Shown: positions 39,244 to 52,870 of the stretch, in pieces
Layout of the letters: the number at the start of each line of letters is the position of its first letter
Position numbering within the stretch: position 1 is the first letter of the stretch
Made by a program: the position numbers and the translations under genes
Notes under the pieces: generated by a model
Told to the model about the DNA's origin: nothing
The model's database searches: none
What the model saw: only the letters and a program-made list of their open reading frames with translations
From: Octopus vulgaris
Lineage: Eukaryota
Assembly (NCBI GenBank): GCA_951406725.2
Contig: OX597822.1
Coordinates: 45,942,001 to 46,006,000, forward strand
Direction of reading: 5' to 3'
DNA: 64,000 nt

Positions 39244-40387
39244 TACAACAGTGATGACCAGGAATGAGTTAAGAGTAGGAGGAAGAAGAAAAAGGAGAAA
39301 TACACAAGAATTCATTTTTATTATTATTATTATTATTTTTTTTTAGCTTGTTTCTATGTCAGTTTTTCTTTTTGTTTATTTTTTTCAATGTGTTTATTTG
39401 TTTATATTATTCTTTTCTCTTTCTTTCTTACTTATTTTCTTTCTTTCGTTCTTACTTTCTTTCTTTCTGTCTTTTTCTCAAATAAAGAGTCACTATCGGG
39501 TAGGGGGAGGGAACAGGGGGGAGGGTGAGCTAGTGAACTTGGCAAGGAGTGATCAGCCATGTTTGCCTTCCTCTCTCTCTCTCTCTCTTTTCCCTCTTTC
39601 TCTCACCTTTGTGTTTGTGTGTGTGTGTGTGTGCATTTGCTAATGTGATTTGACATCAGTGTGTGATTATGCATTACTGAGTGTAAGTGGTGACTCAGCG
39701 AGTGTGTATGTGTGAGTAAATGAGTGAATGTGTGTGTGTTTATACATTTATACATACATATATATATCTGTGTGTGTGTATGTATACACACACACTTTAC
39801 TTATAAATACACAAATACAAACACATACACTATAATGTGTATGTGTGTATGTGTTATTGTGTGTGTGTGTGTGTGAGGTTGGATGGCTTGTGTCATTGGG
39901 AGGGGAGAGAAGGGGGTGTGATGGCGGACCAGAGCAGAAAGTGACAGCAGCAAGCAGCGCCATCTACAATAGGCATGTATTTGCAAGAATGAAGAGGGGG
40001 GAAAGAAGAGGAGGAGGACTGACAGTGGTAGTAGTAGGAGGCTCAGCTGGAGGAGGAGGAAGAGGAAGAGAATCTCTACTTGTACATCTTCTTTTGGTGG
40101 TGGTGGTGGTGGTAGTAGTAGTTGTAGTGGTTATGATAGTGTGGGTGTTGGTGATGATGGTGGTGATAATGATGATGATGATGATGGTAATGGTGGTGGT
40201 GGTCACAGATGATCAGTTTGCCACAAGAGATGATGTAAATATCCACTCATGGGATCTTCCAGTCTTCTTCTTCGTCGTCGTCATCGTCATCTTAAACAAC
40301 CGAATGAAAATGACCAACAAAACTCTGGCGCAGTGGACAGTGGTGGAGGTGTTTGTGGCGACACAGTGTTGGTGGTGGTGGTGACGG

Positions 40388-40419
<32 letters not shown>

Positions 40420-41092
40420 GTGGTGGTCAGTGTTAGCAGCTTGGTTCCTTGATAGAAATAGCAGCTCCCTCCACCTTGTTGAAGTTCTCTTATAGTTGCT
40501 GTTGTAGTTGTTGTTGTAGTAGTTGTGGTAAATGTCGATGCTGTTGTTGTTGCTTGTGTCTTTTTTTTTTATATTTCCTTCTTCTTCTTTTCCTTTCTGA
40601 GACGGATGAGAGGCGGGCAGAAGTGTTGGTGTTCTTTATCAAACCCCCAACCCCACACCCTACCCATCCACCCCATTCTATCTCGTCTTTCTTCGCCCAA
40701 CCAAACACTCATTAGATTGTCCTCTCTCTTTCTCTTCATCTGTGTCTGTCTTTCCTTCCTTTCTCTCTACACACCGATTCTTCCGATTCTTCGTTTCAAT
40801 CTCACCTTTCACCCTCTCTCTTTCTCTTCTCTCTCTCTCACTATCTCACATACACACACACTTCCCCCCCACCGCTTCCCGCATATACATACATATATAT
40901 ACATACATGTGCCTTTGCCTACTCCAACTACTACCACCAACAACAACACAACCACCCTATCTCTCTCTCTCTCTTTCTCTTTTTTTTTCTCCCTCTTAAT
41001 GCCCACACTCCCTCTCTCTCATCATCGCTAGCTCCCCGACCATTTCTCTTCCTGATGACTGAACCACGTTATAGCGGTGACATTAATAGTGG

Positions 41093-41207
41093 CTATGAAT
41101 GCTTATCTCCAAATGTGAAGTTGGGAGTTTGACTGATGGTGAGTGATGGCCCCGGCAAGGGAGTGGAAGAAACACCAGATGAGCCACAAATGCTTTCACC
41201 AAAATGT
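41093..41207 (-). CDS. TLK: Probable last TLK coding exon: HFGESICGSSGVSSTPLPGPSLTISQTPNFTFGDKHS*
   Basis: Strong polypyrimidine tract (A-run 41212-41235 on +) and CAG acceptor. Phase fits the previous exon. Ser/Gly/Pro-rich tail ending in TAG at 41095-41093. Tail homology is weak. Confidence 0.8.
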
Positions 41208-41569
41208 CTGCAAAAGAAAAAAAAAAAAAAAAAAAGAAATTATTTAAAATAAGAATTCACAATCATGGTTTCTGTTTCTTCAAATACAAATTTACAGTAC
41301 TCCACACACATTTTCTCAAATAAAAATACAGAAAAATTAGACACACATCTTTGCTAAGATGCAGAGAAACTACAGACATCACTCCAAATGGAATATGACA
41401 TGGTCATATGTACCAATTAATGCTCATTTATTCATGTTGTTTTGTATTAATCATGCATTATCTTATGGCTCTGAGATTTCAATGATGTGCTGGTTTAGTT
41501 TTAGAGTGACATTGTAGGGTGGGTGTGAAAGGCCTGTTTCTGAATTATCATGTTACTATTAAGAGTAAG

Positions 41570-41893
41570 AAGTAAAGATCCCATAAGATTGCACCTAGAA
41601 AGTTATTCTCTGAGGCACAAGTCTGAGCAAGGTTGTTTTATGGAAGACCAGCAGTTGCCCGTGCATACCAGCCTCCCCTCTCCACGCCACTGATGTTATC
41701 CAAGAGAAAGGCAAAGGTTAATACAGCTTGGTACCAGTGATGTTGCAACTCATTTCTACAGCTGAGTGAACTGGAGCAATGTGAAATAGAGTGTCTTGCT
41801 GAAGAACACAACACACAGCCCAGTCCAGGAATCAAACTCACAACCTCACGATTGTAAGCTAAATGCTCTAACCACTGAGCCATGTGCCTTCAC
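41570..41893 (-). mobile_element. tRNA-derived SINE family E
   Basis: gtgaaggcacatggctcagtggttagagc...gtgagtttgattcc. Copies at 57240-57578 and 47545-47668. Confidence 0.8.
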
Positions 41894-42502
41894 TTCCAGC
41901 CATGTTACTATTTCCATATTACTATTTATTCAAAATACAAGCCTGCAATATCTCAAACATATTTTCTAAAATAAACTGAAGATAGTTGTTTATTTATGTT
42001 GGTTTTTCTGGGTTGAGCAGGGGTAGCTTATATGAGAAATTATTTTTGCAACTAGATGCTCTTCCTGTCACCAACCTTTACCTGTTTAATAAACAAAAGA
42101 AGGAAGCGGTTACTCTACTACTTTGAGAGCATGCAAGAACTATAAGATGTATTACTGTTGGAATGAAAACACCATGACACCATTTCTTCACTCAGGCAAT
42201 TTCACACAGGAAACAATAATGATACTTTTCAAATCAGACACACATACACACACGACAGGCTTCCATGCAGTTTCCATCCCTAGCAATTTCACTCTAAGAG
42301 ACTGGTCAGCCTGGGGCTATAGAAGAAAACAGTTGCTTGGGGTGTCACACTAGGAATGAACCTAAGGATAAAACCAACGAACACCGATATTCAAATGAAC
42401 AAACAACACCCAGAGTAAAAGTGGGTGAGGTACAGTTTACCGAATGTAGCCTGATGAATGAGTTCCAATCCATCTACCCAAGATGCTTCCAATAAACTTT
42501 AT

Positions 42503-43945
42503 TTAACCCTTTTAATATCAACCTGTCTCAGAATGCCCCTAGTTCTATCATACAAATTCCATTTTGAAATGATCTAAATTAAACACTCCCATCAAAATTT
42601 CATACTAATTCATATTCCAAACACCAGCTTAATAACGACAAAGTTATTTTACAAAATGCTTCATTGTTTTCGAAATTATTTGAAGGAAAAGCAATGTACT
42701 TCACACATGAATATGATAAATGCTTTTCACATTAACTCATCTTTATTAGTTTGATTCACAGGATTTATGTCCCCTGACCAAATGGTTGGCTGAATTCAGT
42801 TTAGACCCCCATGGATCAATGAAACAATCAAGTGTGTCCACCAGGCTACATGTGTTTAAAAAACCATATCATTTGATTGTTCATTTTTATACCTGTTTTT
42901 CGATGCTAACATGGGTTAGATGAATACATATCACTGAATACAAGGTGGTGAAGCATGGTCTTTGAGCTTTGGGCTTCATAGAAACCATGCCAAATCAGAC
43001 TGCAATTTGGTGCAGCTTGCCAGCCCTGGTCAAACTATCCAACTCATGCCAGCATAGACAACGGACATTAAATGATGATGATAATGTCTTGTAGCCTTGA
43101 TATCATGTGATGGTTTTGAGCAAATGTTACCATCATGCAAGCAGGGTCCTTTGTTACCAATCTTCTGTGGAAACTTATCTGGCCACGAGGAAACACTGCC
43201 CTACTTGGATATAAGTAATGGTTGGCTACAGGAAAGGCATCCAGCCATGGAAAATCTGCTTCAACAAATTCTGTTCAACTCATGTGAGTATGGAAACATG
43301 GATGTTAAATGACAATGATGAATTGTTTTACAGCAAGATATTCTTCTTGTTGTTGACCCCTTGTTCATCTTCCAAAAGAGGGATCTCTTATTCCACAAGC
43401 CATCAAAAGCACAGAGCCAACACCTAATTTATTGCAGGAAGATAACAACAAGCTTCACCACTTGTAGCTCAGCACTTTTTCATATGAAACATTTAGGATG
43501 TAAACCAGGGGTCGGCAAAGTGGTCACTACTGCTTCTTGAAGGTCTACGTGGCTATCCAAGGGGTCAATAAACACCAAAATGATTTTGAGCATTGACGGT
43601 ATTGAATTATTAGTAAACTGAATCTGAAAGGGTGTGGGTAATTTGGGGCTAAAACTCACTAATTTCCAGCCAAATATCAATGCAATATTCTCTAGTATTC
43701 GTCAAAGACACATTCCACATTAAATATTCCAACTATATCAAATTAAAATGACTGAATTTTTATTGTCCTTTTACCAATTCCATGAAGTATTTTCATTAAA
43801 TTTCTTCAAATATTTGTCATTAAAAACAATAATGACACAAATAACGAAGGATATGGCCAGTTTTAAGGCTAAAGGGTTAAAATAGAAAGATTGTATGAAA
43901 GTACCAGGGGTGTGGTTTCAAGCAGGTTAGTATCGAAAAGGGTAA
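42503..43945. mobile_element. piggyBac-like MITE ends (TTAA-CCCT) with nested insertions
   Basis: ttaaccctttt...aacctg at the left; caggttagtatcgaaaagggtaa at the right. A related reverse piece is at 61850-62048. Confidence 0.5.
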
Positions 43946-45421
43946 GTATATTTTCTAAGCAGTCAAAAATTTAAATGTTTTTCATGGAACTGTCTTTCTT
44001 GTTTGTAATATGTCTCTCTCAGACACATCTATAGTTCTAAGAACAGCCACCTGTACCAGATACAATGTAATAGCGCTCTCGCGCTCTCTCTCTCATATAC
44101 ATCCAAACTACTAACAGTTACTTACACTGCTTAAGATGTAAAAGCTCTGTCAAGCATATCAATTAGTTGTGTGTCAGGCATGGCCATGTAGTTAAGAAGT
44201 TTGCCCTTTAACTTTGTGGCTTTGGGCTCGGTCACATTGTGCATTACTTTGAGCAAGTATCTTCTGCTATAGCTCCAGGCAACTAATACTTTGGGAAGGT
44301 ATTTGGTAGATGGAAACTTAAAGGAATCCATTATGTGTGTGTGCGCATATGCATGTCTGTGTAAATGCTTATAATCCATGCTGTGTTATGGCTACAAATG
44401 AGGATGTCACTGTTTGTTGTTGAGCTGCAACTGGTGACACCTGTTGACATTTCATGTTATAATCATCTGCTAGCAATGTGCTTTTGAAATTTTCTTGAAC
44501 CCTGCCCCACCTTATTTGAAAAGCAGGTAGGGGTTAGTGACAAGGAGAGTATTCAACTATAAAAATCTTGCCTCAGTTACTTAACAATCTTAATCATGCC
44601 TGCATGGAAAAACAGACATTAAAATAAAATGAAACAAACCAAAAAAATGATTTTTTTTTCTATGCAAAGCAGGCTTGGTTCTGAGGAATCATTTTTGGTG
44701 TTATTTTAAACTGCATCCAGTAGTGGAGCCCCACTTTGAAAGTTGCAGGATTTTGGAGGATTGTGGAACCACTCTCTTAGCTACTATTGCTCTCTGCTCT
44801 ACTTTGATCTGGAATAGCAGAATCCGCAAGGGCCCCAGTTGTAGGTTGATCAGCATGTCATAGAATTGCCCCCGGAAGTGGTCATTCACAGACACCCCAA
44901 CAGACCCAGAGCAGATGAGGTCCTTCAGCCCTTTAAGATAAATCCAAGCAAATTTTGCATCCTGACAATCACTGGGTTTGTGGCACTTGTTGAACCAGAC
45001 TAACACAAGTTTGAAGGACAAGAGAGCAGGACTGGTTCTGCACAAATCCTGTCCAATATGATAAAATTCATCAAGCAGGTTGCTCCGTAAACCAAGACAC
45101 CAGCAGCAATACAAACACACTTTCTTCATAAGTCCAGTGACAAAAAGGTAGAGATGATAGGGGACAGGTAGATGCTACTGGAAGGTTTTAGCTTTGACCC
45201 TGCACACAGGTGACTATAGGGTGATGGTCATTATTATGCTGTGTCTAGCTGAACCCTCATTTGTCAAAGAGATGAGAGAGAGAGAGAGAGAGTCTACCAC
45301 TTTAGTGTTCACACCAAAAGGATTCAGGACAGATATTTTTTAATATAAACACAAGGAATATTTGGGAAAGACAACGAGCAATGAAAGAGTTGTTTGTGAA
45401 GGATTTCATTTTTATACTCAC

Positions 45422-45522
45422 TTTGACTTTAAAGCTGTGGGTTTGAGATAGTCGTCGAAGGAAAGTGTTAACACATCAGGTCTGTCTTCTTTTCTGTATT
45501 GTAAGCATTTCCTTATAAACGA
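45422..45522 (-). CDS. TLK: TLK exon: SFIRKCLQYRKEDRPDVLTLSFDDYLKPTALKS(K)
   Basis: CAG/GTGAG sites, 101 nt. Matches the TLK kinase C-lobe end AFIRRCLAYRKEDR. Confidence 0.95.
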
Positions 45523-47108
45523 CTGTAAAGAAGAAAACAACACCGAAAATTAGAGAAAACCTACATTCTGTTATGTGTGTGTGTGTGTGTCATAGTTGTT
45601 ATATAAGGTTGCCTACTGTTGTGTTAACAAATACTATGTACACTTTGTAGAAGATAATTTTATACTGAAGAGTTCTAATAAAAATGAAATATGCCCTGAG
45701 TTGTCTCCATTATCAAGATAATGATGATTAATGTTTTACTTTCCTCACACATCTGATTTTACTGAAGATTTTTAATGTCTTCCTCACTAAAATATGTTTT
45801 TACTCATGTCTGTGATGTTTCAGAATTAATTAACTGATAATTGCTGATAGTAAATGTTTTTCGTACATGAAATTAGTTTAAAAGTTTTCTGCTTAGTCAA
45901 AAGCCTTCCTACAGATTTGTGAGTGTATGTATATAAAGGCTTATGATAGTGTGACTTCCCTATAATTAAAGGATGTGTGCCCTCTCTTCTCTAACATGAT
46001 ACTGTGGTTCAAATATTTACATATCATAAGCTTTTAAGTTTCCAGGCCATTGCAAGCTAGTGTCTTGTACAAAAGTTCAGACTCAGACCTGAAGGATTTG
46101 AATGATGTTGGCTTAACAGACTGCATGAAGTTTGTTGAACAATCTGTCTTAAAAGTCATGTGTTGTCACATACAATATAGTGAGTCTACCAGACTTTATT
46201 ACAGAAAATAGGTGATGTGCCATTAGTGTTTATTTTTCATACTAAACTTTGGTATTGGATATATCCATAGATTTTTAGCCATCACTGCATCTGTAAATTA
46301 ATTAAAACTTACATGATACATTCTTGTAAGACAGTTGCAAACATCTGTTATGTTTATACAACCTTATTGCATAGCTGTCAGAATTGTTGGAGCATCAGAC
46401 AAAATGCCAAGTAGTATTGCTTCTGGATGAATGATTTGTCTCATCATCAATATCATTTAATGTCTGCTTTCCATGCTGGTATGAGATGGACAAGTTGACA
46501 GGAACTGGCCAGGCAGAAGACTGCACCAGGCTTTTGTGCCTGTTTTGGCATAGTTTTTACAGCAGGATGCCCTTCTTAACACCAACCACTCAGCACAGGT
46601 GAGGTCAGTTTTAGCATGGCTTTTGTTTATAGTGATCAAATATTTCTGCTGCACTCCCATCATCAGTTTGACATTACCTGTACAGGTATACAGTGTGTCA
46701 TATGTCAGATGCTTAAGTGATTGTAGAGCAACATGAAATGAAGTGTTTTACTCAATAACACAAGACACCACCGAGTCCAGAAATTGATCTCATGATCACG
46801 AATGCAACATACTAACCACTAAACCATGTGCTCTCACTGTTACATGTATAATACATATACATTACCTATGTAATGCAAAACACACCGCAGGGGTGCCACA
46901 GGCAATAAAATACAAATAAAATTTACAGATTTATTATTTCTTTGCTGCTGGGTACCAGATGATCTTTGACCTGTATCGGCCAGTACAGGTCATGGAATAC
47001 AGATTGTGAAGATGGAAGTTTGGATAAGAAGAAGGAAAGAAAAAGTAATTATAAATAAAAAACAACAACAAAATGAAATCGACATCTGGTTGTTGAGGTG
47101 GTCCATAC

Positions 47109-47216
47109 CTTTGCTTCACTACTAACTGGCGGTCTTGAAGGAAATTCTACATCTGTAGCTTTCAATATCGTGTTTTCTTCCAGAATGGCAGCTTGAGACA
47201 GATTGTGCCCAAAAGG
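47109..47216 (-). CDS. TLK: TLK exon: [36 protein letters not shown]
   Basis: Within ORF 47049..47363. CAG/GTATG sites, 108 nt. Confidence 0.96.
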
Positions 47217-48129
47217 CTGGAAAGACACAATAGAAATATAATAATAATAATAATAGTAATAACAACAACAATAACAACAATAATAATAATCCTTTGTATT
47301 TTGGTGCAAGGCCTGAAATATGTGGGAGGAGGACAGTTGATTACATGAACCCCAGTACTCCACTGGTACTTATTTTATTGACTTTAGAAGAATTTGAACT
47401 TAGAATGAACTCAGAATGTCACTGTCATACAATTGGACTACAGAGAAAATGTTACCTTGCTTAGAAGCAGGTGAGAGCTGGTAACAGGAAGGGCATCTGG
47501 CTGTAGAAAAAGCTGCCTTAACAAATTCTGAGTGACCCAGATGAATGAACAAGAGCAACGTGAAATAAAGTGTCTTGCTCAAGAACACAACACACAGCCC
47601 GGTCCGGGAATCAAACTCACAACCTCACAATCGTAAGCCTGACGCTCTAACCACTGAGCCATGCGCCTTAACATGTTTAATATATCCTATAGTATATTAT
47701 GGTTGCATCAGGGAATACCACATCCCTACAAGTCATTAGTACCCAATGTGAATAGTCATGTAGCTCTTCCAGCAAGAAACCTGTTCTTCTCCAGCCCCTC
47801 TCTCTCCTACTTTACCCCCCACCCCCACCCCACCACTCCGCATTCTCCTAGCATAAAGTCTCCCCACCCTCTCCACTCATGATTTAAAGATTTGGGATTT
47901 GCATAGCAACCACACTTATGCTGGCGGCATTAGGAAGGGCATCCAGCCAAAGAAGCCAAGCCAAAGCTGACACTGGGGCACGATGTAGTCCTTGGGCCCA
48001 TCGGATCCTGCCAAACCATCACCGCATGTCATCACAGAACAAAGACATTAAATGATGGTGATGATGATGACGATGACGACAATGGAATCAAAAGCAAGAA
48101 AAGAAAGGAAAAAAAGATGACTACTGTAC

Positions 48130-48241
48130 CTTTTTACCATATAGGCACTGGTAAAATATCACACCAACAGACCAAACATCCACTCGGGAAGAAATTTTCG
48201 GAGGAGTCTTGCCAACCACAAAACATTCTGGTGGCAAATAC
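48130..48241 (-). CDS. TLK: TLK exon: [37 protein letters not shown]
   Basis: Manual translation. CAG/GTACAG sites, 112 nt. PPE and DVWS motifs. Confidence 0.96.
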
Positions 48242-48624
48242 CTGGCAAAGAGAAAAACAAAATTAGGATTAGAACAGTGAAGTCAAAATACAGTTGGTGG
48301 CTTTACAATGTCTGATGATGTTTCATAGCTTTGTTAGAGTAATTTTTTAAGCCAGGCAGAGGCAGCCTTTTTCAAGAAGTGAACAACATAAAACATGGTT
48401 CATCATCAGATGGACCACACTACAAAAAAAATTTAAGGTAATTTTTCCATAGGTGTGTTCTTCAGAAAGTCCACATTTTGCGCTTGACTGCTCTGGTCTT
48501 TATATGGTTAGGTATTGGTGGGGGTGATAGAGAGAGAGAGAGAAAGAGAGAGTGTGTGTATATGTCATTATGTGAATTCATCAGAGGCTGTAAAAGCAGT
48601 GGACAGTGTTACTGTTCATGGCAT

Positions 48625-48745
48625 AGTAGGCACGTAATAACAGACCAAACATTGCACCCATCCAAGAAGAAATATTTTCGAAGGAGTTTTTGACGACCAC
48701 AAAACATTTTCAAATGGAGGTTTAAAAATTTGTCGGGAAGAAATA
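48625..48745 (-). pseudogene. Degenerate intronic duplicate of TLK exon 48130-48241
   Basis: Shared blocks in the same orientation: aacagaccaaacat, gaagaaat, tttcg, aggagt, accacaaaacatt, tcgggaagaaat. Frameshifted. Confidence 0.75.
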
Positions 48746-51095
48746 CAGTCAAGTTCACTTGAGCATACACACACACACACCAATAAAAATCACACACACA
48801 GAGCATGATGAAAGGCAAATTGGCACAGGTGTTAGAGTATCAGATGAAATGCTTTGTGATAATACTATAATCCCTCGTCATATCACAGTTCACTTATTGC
48901 ACACTCTGTACATCGTGGATTTTTCTGGCTAACATATATAAATTTATATTTCAGACTTCTTTGATTAATAGATATTTATATTTTAGATTTTAATTATTGC
49001 TGTTGGCGGTTTTAGAATGTAAAAGCTGCGATAGTCGAGGGGTTACTGTATACATATAGACTGACCCACTAGGTTCTGAGTTCAAATTCTGCGGAAATCA
49101 ACCATGCCTTTTATTCTTCCAGGGTTAGTAAATAAAACAGCAGGGACTTAAAGGGTATAAATAGTACCGGTTAGAGGTAGTACCTTTGGTGTCTGGCATG
49201 CTCCGGCATACTAGGAAGGGTGCACAGTCATCACTATCCTCTGTAGACTCCAAATAGTAATATTTTACACCAGTAGTTCCCAAACTCTTTTGGGTTGCCA
49301 CCTCTTTGACACCCAGGCCAAATTCCTAGCACTGCCCCACCCCCAACTTACCATCACAAACATAGACCTCTTTCTGAAGTAAATTCAAAGCAACTGTATT
49401 TCACAAATAAAATTTAATAAACCCATTATTTTGTTGTTTTTACATGAATCAGTACCTCATTATCACCCCACTTTTTACATGTATCGCTACTCCATTATCA
49501 TTCCACTTTTTACATGTATCACTACCCATTATCACCCCATTTTCTACATGAATTGCTACCCTATTATCACCCCACTTTTCTTTAATGCCCCCTTGGTGTG
49601 TGCAATACTGCCTACTTTAGGAACCACTGTTCTATACCACTAACTTATAGTGCTTCTCCTCTGCCCCTTCAACTCCAGTTACAACAAACCTTGTTTCTGG
49701 GAATAAATAAAACATATAACGCTCCTACCTAACTACTCGTGATATACTTACTCATATCATTCTTCATTCTCTTTCAACCACTTCTGTCCCATATGACATA
49801 ATGTCCCTAAAATTGTAGCTATGCACTTCCTCTAACCCCACCTGCCAAGACCTCTTTTCTCCCCTCTCTCTCTTTGTTTTTCAAGAATGTCTAACCTTGT
49901 TTATCGCTGAGTCATTCATCACAGATTTGAGATAACACAGTAAGGGTAAGCTCAATTGCCTAACACACATTGATCTCTGATAACATGGGTCAGTGATCAG
50001 TCAAAGACTCTGCCTGCACCACAAAAACGTGCCCCAGACACCACCCAGAATGCACTATCACTTGTGTTTATATGACTGTGCTACAAGGTTGCATGTATTT
50101 TATTCAATTCCATACTCATATCCATCAACATGGGACTAGAGAGCAGAAAAAATATGGAAACACCTGATCCTAAAAAAAAAATGATGTGGATAAGTGTATT
50201 CTCTACAGGAAACGGTAGAGATGATCAAGAAAATACGTAACTGTGGAAGTTTGGGGGCAGTGGGCTGTGAGTTTGGTGTCAATGAGTCTAACATTTGTTC
50301 CATTTACATGGAAATGATTCTTTTATCAGTGGCTCATTTATCACTGGGTTTTTTAAAACCAAACTCTCATGATACATGAGGATAGATGTATTAATTTATA
50401 ACTATTACTTCTATGGCAGAAAATGTAAAATGATCTGACAGTTGCTGACTGAGGTGCTTCCTTTTCTTTCTTTTATCTGTTAGGCAAAATGAAGTAAACA
50501 GAGTAAATTTTTTCTTTGCCCAAGAACACAACAGAATGATTATACCAGGGTTTGAACATACGCTGTAGTTTGCTACACATTCAGTTCCAAAGAAAGTGGA
50601 TTTTTTTTTTTTGAGAGACAGTTATGTGCCTTGACTGGTAAGTGAGTATGGTCAGTCTTCTAAATATCTTGACCTTGCAGGCTTTTTGACTCCAATCCCA
50701 AAACACCTTGACCTTGTGGAGTTTCTGTACTTCAACTGCCAAGTACTTTGATCAGAAATTATTAGTGGGAGGACGACAATTACGACTTGTACTTTAGTTT
50801 ATCAACCCAAGAAAAATGAAAGGCAATTTAGGTTTCAGCACGATTTGAAATCCATAACTAAACACTGAAAAGCATTTTGTTTGACGCACTAACAATAGTG
50901 CCAAGACAACATCTTCAAACACATTCAGACACAGGTTTATCAGTTGATTCAGAAACGAGGTAGACGTAGAATACGCACTGTTTCACACAGATCATGGTAC
51001 ACAGCAGATATATAAGTAATCCTGTCAAGTTTACGTACAAAGACACATACAAAAACCATTCAGATGTAAACCTGAGTAAATATTATCATACATAC

Positions 51096-51231
51096 CAGTA
51101 AGTACCAGCACCTTGAGACGTTAGGTCCATGCCTGCATCAGAATAATTTTCATCATCCATGATCTTGCTTAGACCAAAGTCTGTAATTTTAATCTCTCCA
51201 CTCACTGACCCACTCCCTAGCAGAATGTTAC
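51096..51231 (-). CDS. TLK: TLK exon: [44 protein letters not shown](W)
   Basis: Within ORF 51086..51274. DFG motif and [10 protein letters not shown] activation segment. CAG/GTATG sites, 136 nt. Confidence 0.97.
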
Positions 51232-51372
51232 CTGGAAGAATAGAAGAAAAAAAATGGTTTTCACTGATTACCAAAATAAAATAAAATATAAAAACAAATA
51301 TATTTCTGCTGCTGTCTAATGACCCTACTTCGACACACTTATGGGTGACTAACCTAAGGAATGGTTACTTAC

Positions 51373-51542
51373 CAGGTTTAAGGTCATAATGTATCACAGG
51401 TGGCTTAATTTCATTTAGGTATTTGAGAGCACTGACAGTCTGACAGATAATGGAGCGTGCCTCCTTTTCAGGAATGCACTTGTTCTGCTTGAGGTAGAAA
51501 TCCAAGTCGTTGCCATCACAGTATTCTAACACAGTACAGAAG
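51373..51542 (-). CDS. TLK: TLK exon: [56 protein letters not shown](G)
   Basis: Within ORF 51365..51709. HYDLKP catalytic loop typical of TLKs. CAG/GTAAG sites, 170 nt. Confidence 0.97.
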
Positions 51543-51586
51543 CTGAAAGTAACAAAAAAAGCAACAAATATGAAATCAGTGCAGAT

Positions 51587-51649
<63 letters not shown>

Positions 51650-52599
51650 TCTTTCTATAGACATAGGGCCTGAAAATTTGGGAGGCAGGGTGTTTATTCC
51701 ACCACTCAAGTGGTATTTATCTCATCAAACCCAAAAGGATGAAAAGCAAATTTGAACTCAGAATATTTTGTCTGGCATGCTAACGATTCTGGTTTAAATA
51801 ACAATCCTTCCTACTAAAGGCACAAGGCCTTAAATTTCGTGGGGTGGGGAACAGTTGATTACATCGACCCCAGTATTTCACTGGTACTTAATCTATTGAC
51901 TCTGAAGGGATGAACAGTAAAGTCAACTTCAACGGAATTTGAACCCAGGACATAAAGACAGACGAAATACGACTAAGCATTTCGCCTGGTGTGTTAATGA
52001 TTCTGCCAGCTTGCTACCTTACTGCTTTAGATAATAATGGCTTCAAATTTTCCCACAATTTTTGGGTGGGGGATGGGGGTAAGTTGGTCACATCACCCCC
52101 CCCCCCCCCACACACACACCGTATTCAACCGTTATTATCTTTGTTGATTCGGAAAGAATGAAAAGCAAAGTCGACCTCGGTAGCATTTGAACTCAGAATG
52201 TAAAGATGGACAGAATGCCGCTAAGCATTCTGTCCAGTGTACTAACAATCCTGCTATAAATGGTAAGAATGATAATAATTTGTGTGACTGTCGTTACACA
52301 TACCATTAAGAATATGTGTGACTGGTGCATGTCTTCTGCACATATTTTGAATATGGAAATATTATGTTCAAACAATTTAGGAATTGATGAATTACCCCTA
52401 AAAGAAATGAAGTTATCAAGACGGACAAAACAATTCGTTTTATTGCTTAGAAGATGCTTAAAAAAGTGACAAAAAAATTCATGTCTGGAAGAGGAATTTA
52501 GAGCTGTGAGGCCTGGAAATAAAAACTGTAATAACAACAAATTATGGAGTCTAAAAAAAATATAAAATATAAAGTTTGAATGATTTAATAGCCACTCAC

Positions 52600-52689
52600 G
52601 AATTTGTATCAATTTCAAACACATCATATAGCCGTACTATCCGCGGGTGGTCAAGGCTTTTGTGTATATTATATTCTCTTAAAGCATGT
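52600..52689 (-). CDS. TLK: TLK exon: [29 protein letters not shown](S)
   Basis: CAG/GTGAG splice sites, 90 nt, phase 2-2. Confidence 0.96.
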
Positions 52690-52827
52690 CTGAAATGGAA
52701 TAAAAGAAACGATTAGATCAGAAAGGAAGTCAAGTAAACGACTGCATGTTGAGTTATCTCCCTTAAAATGCGTACTCAATTTTACAACCTATGTACACAC
52801 ACACACAATGTGTGTGTGTAAATATAA

Positions 52828-52870
<43 letters not shown>

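Noticed and set aside
39845-41031. 179-aa and 168-aa ORFs
   Set aside because: Trinucleotide and low-complexity tracts antisense to the TLK 3'UTR.
44680-45290. 142-aa intronic ORF as an alternative TLK exon
   Set aside because: No TLK similarity; it looks like a decayed LINE fragment.
45660-46675. CTGAAGA...GAAA at 45665 and CTGATGA...GAAA at 46666 (minus)
   Set aside because: No valid stem I and UH closure; consistent with chance.
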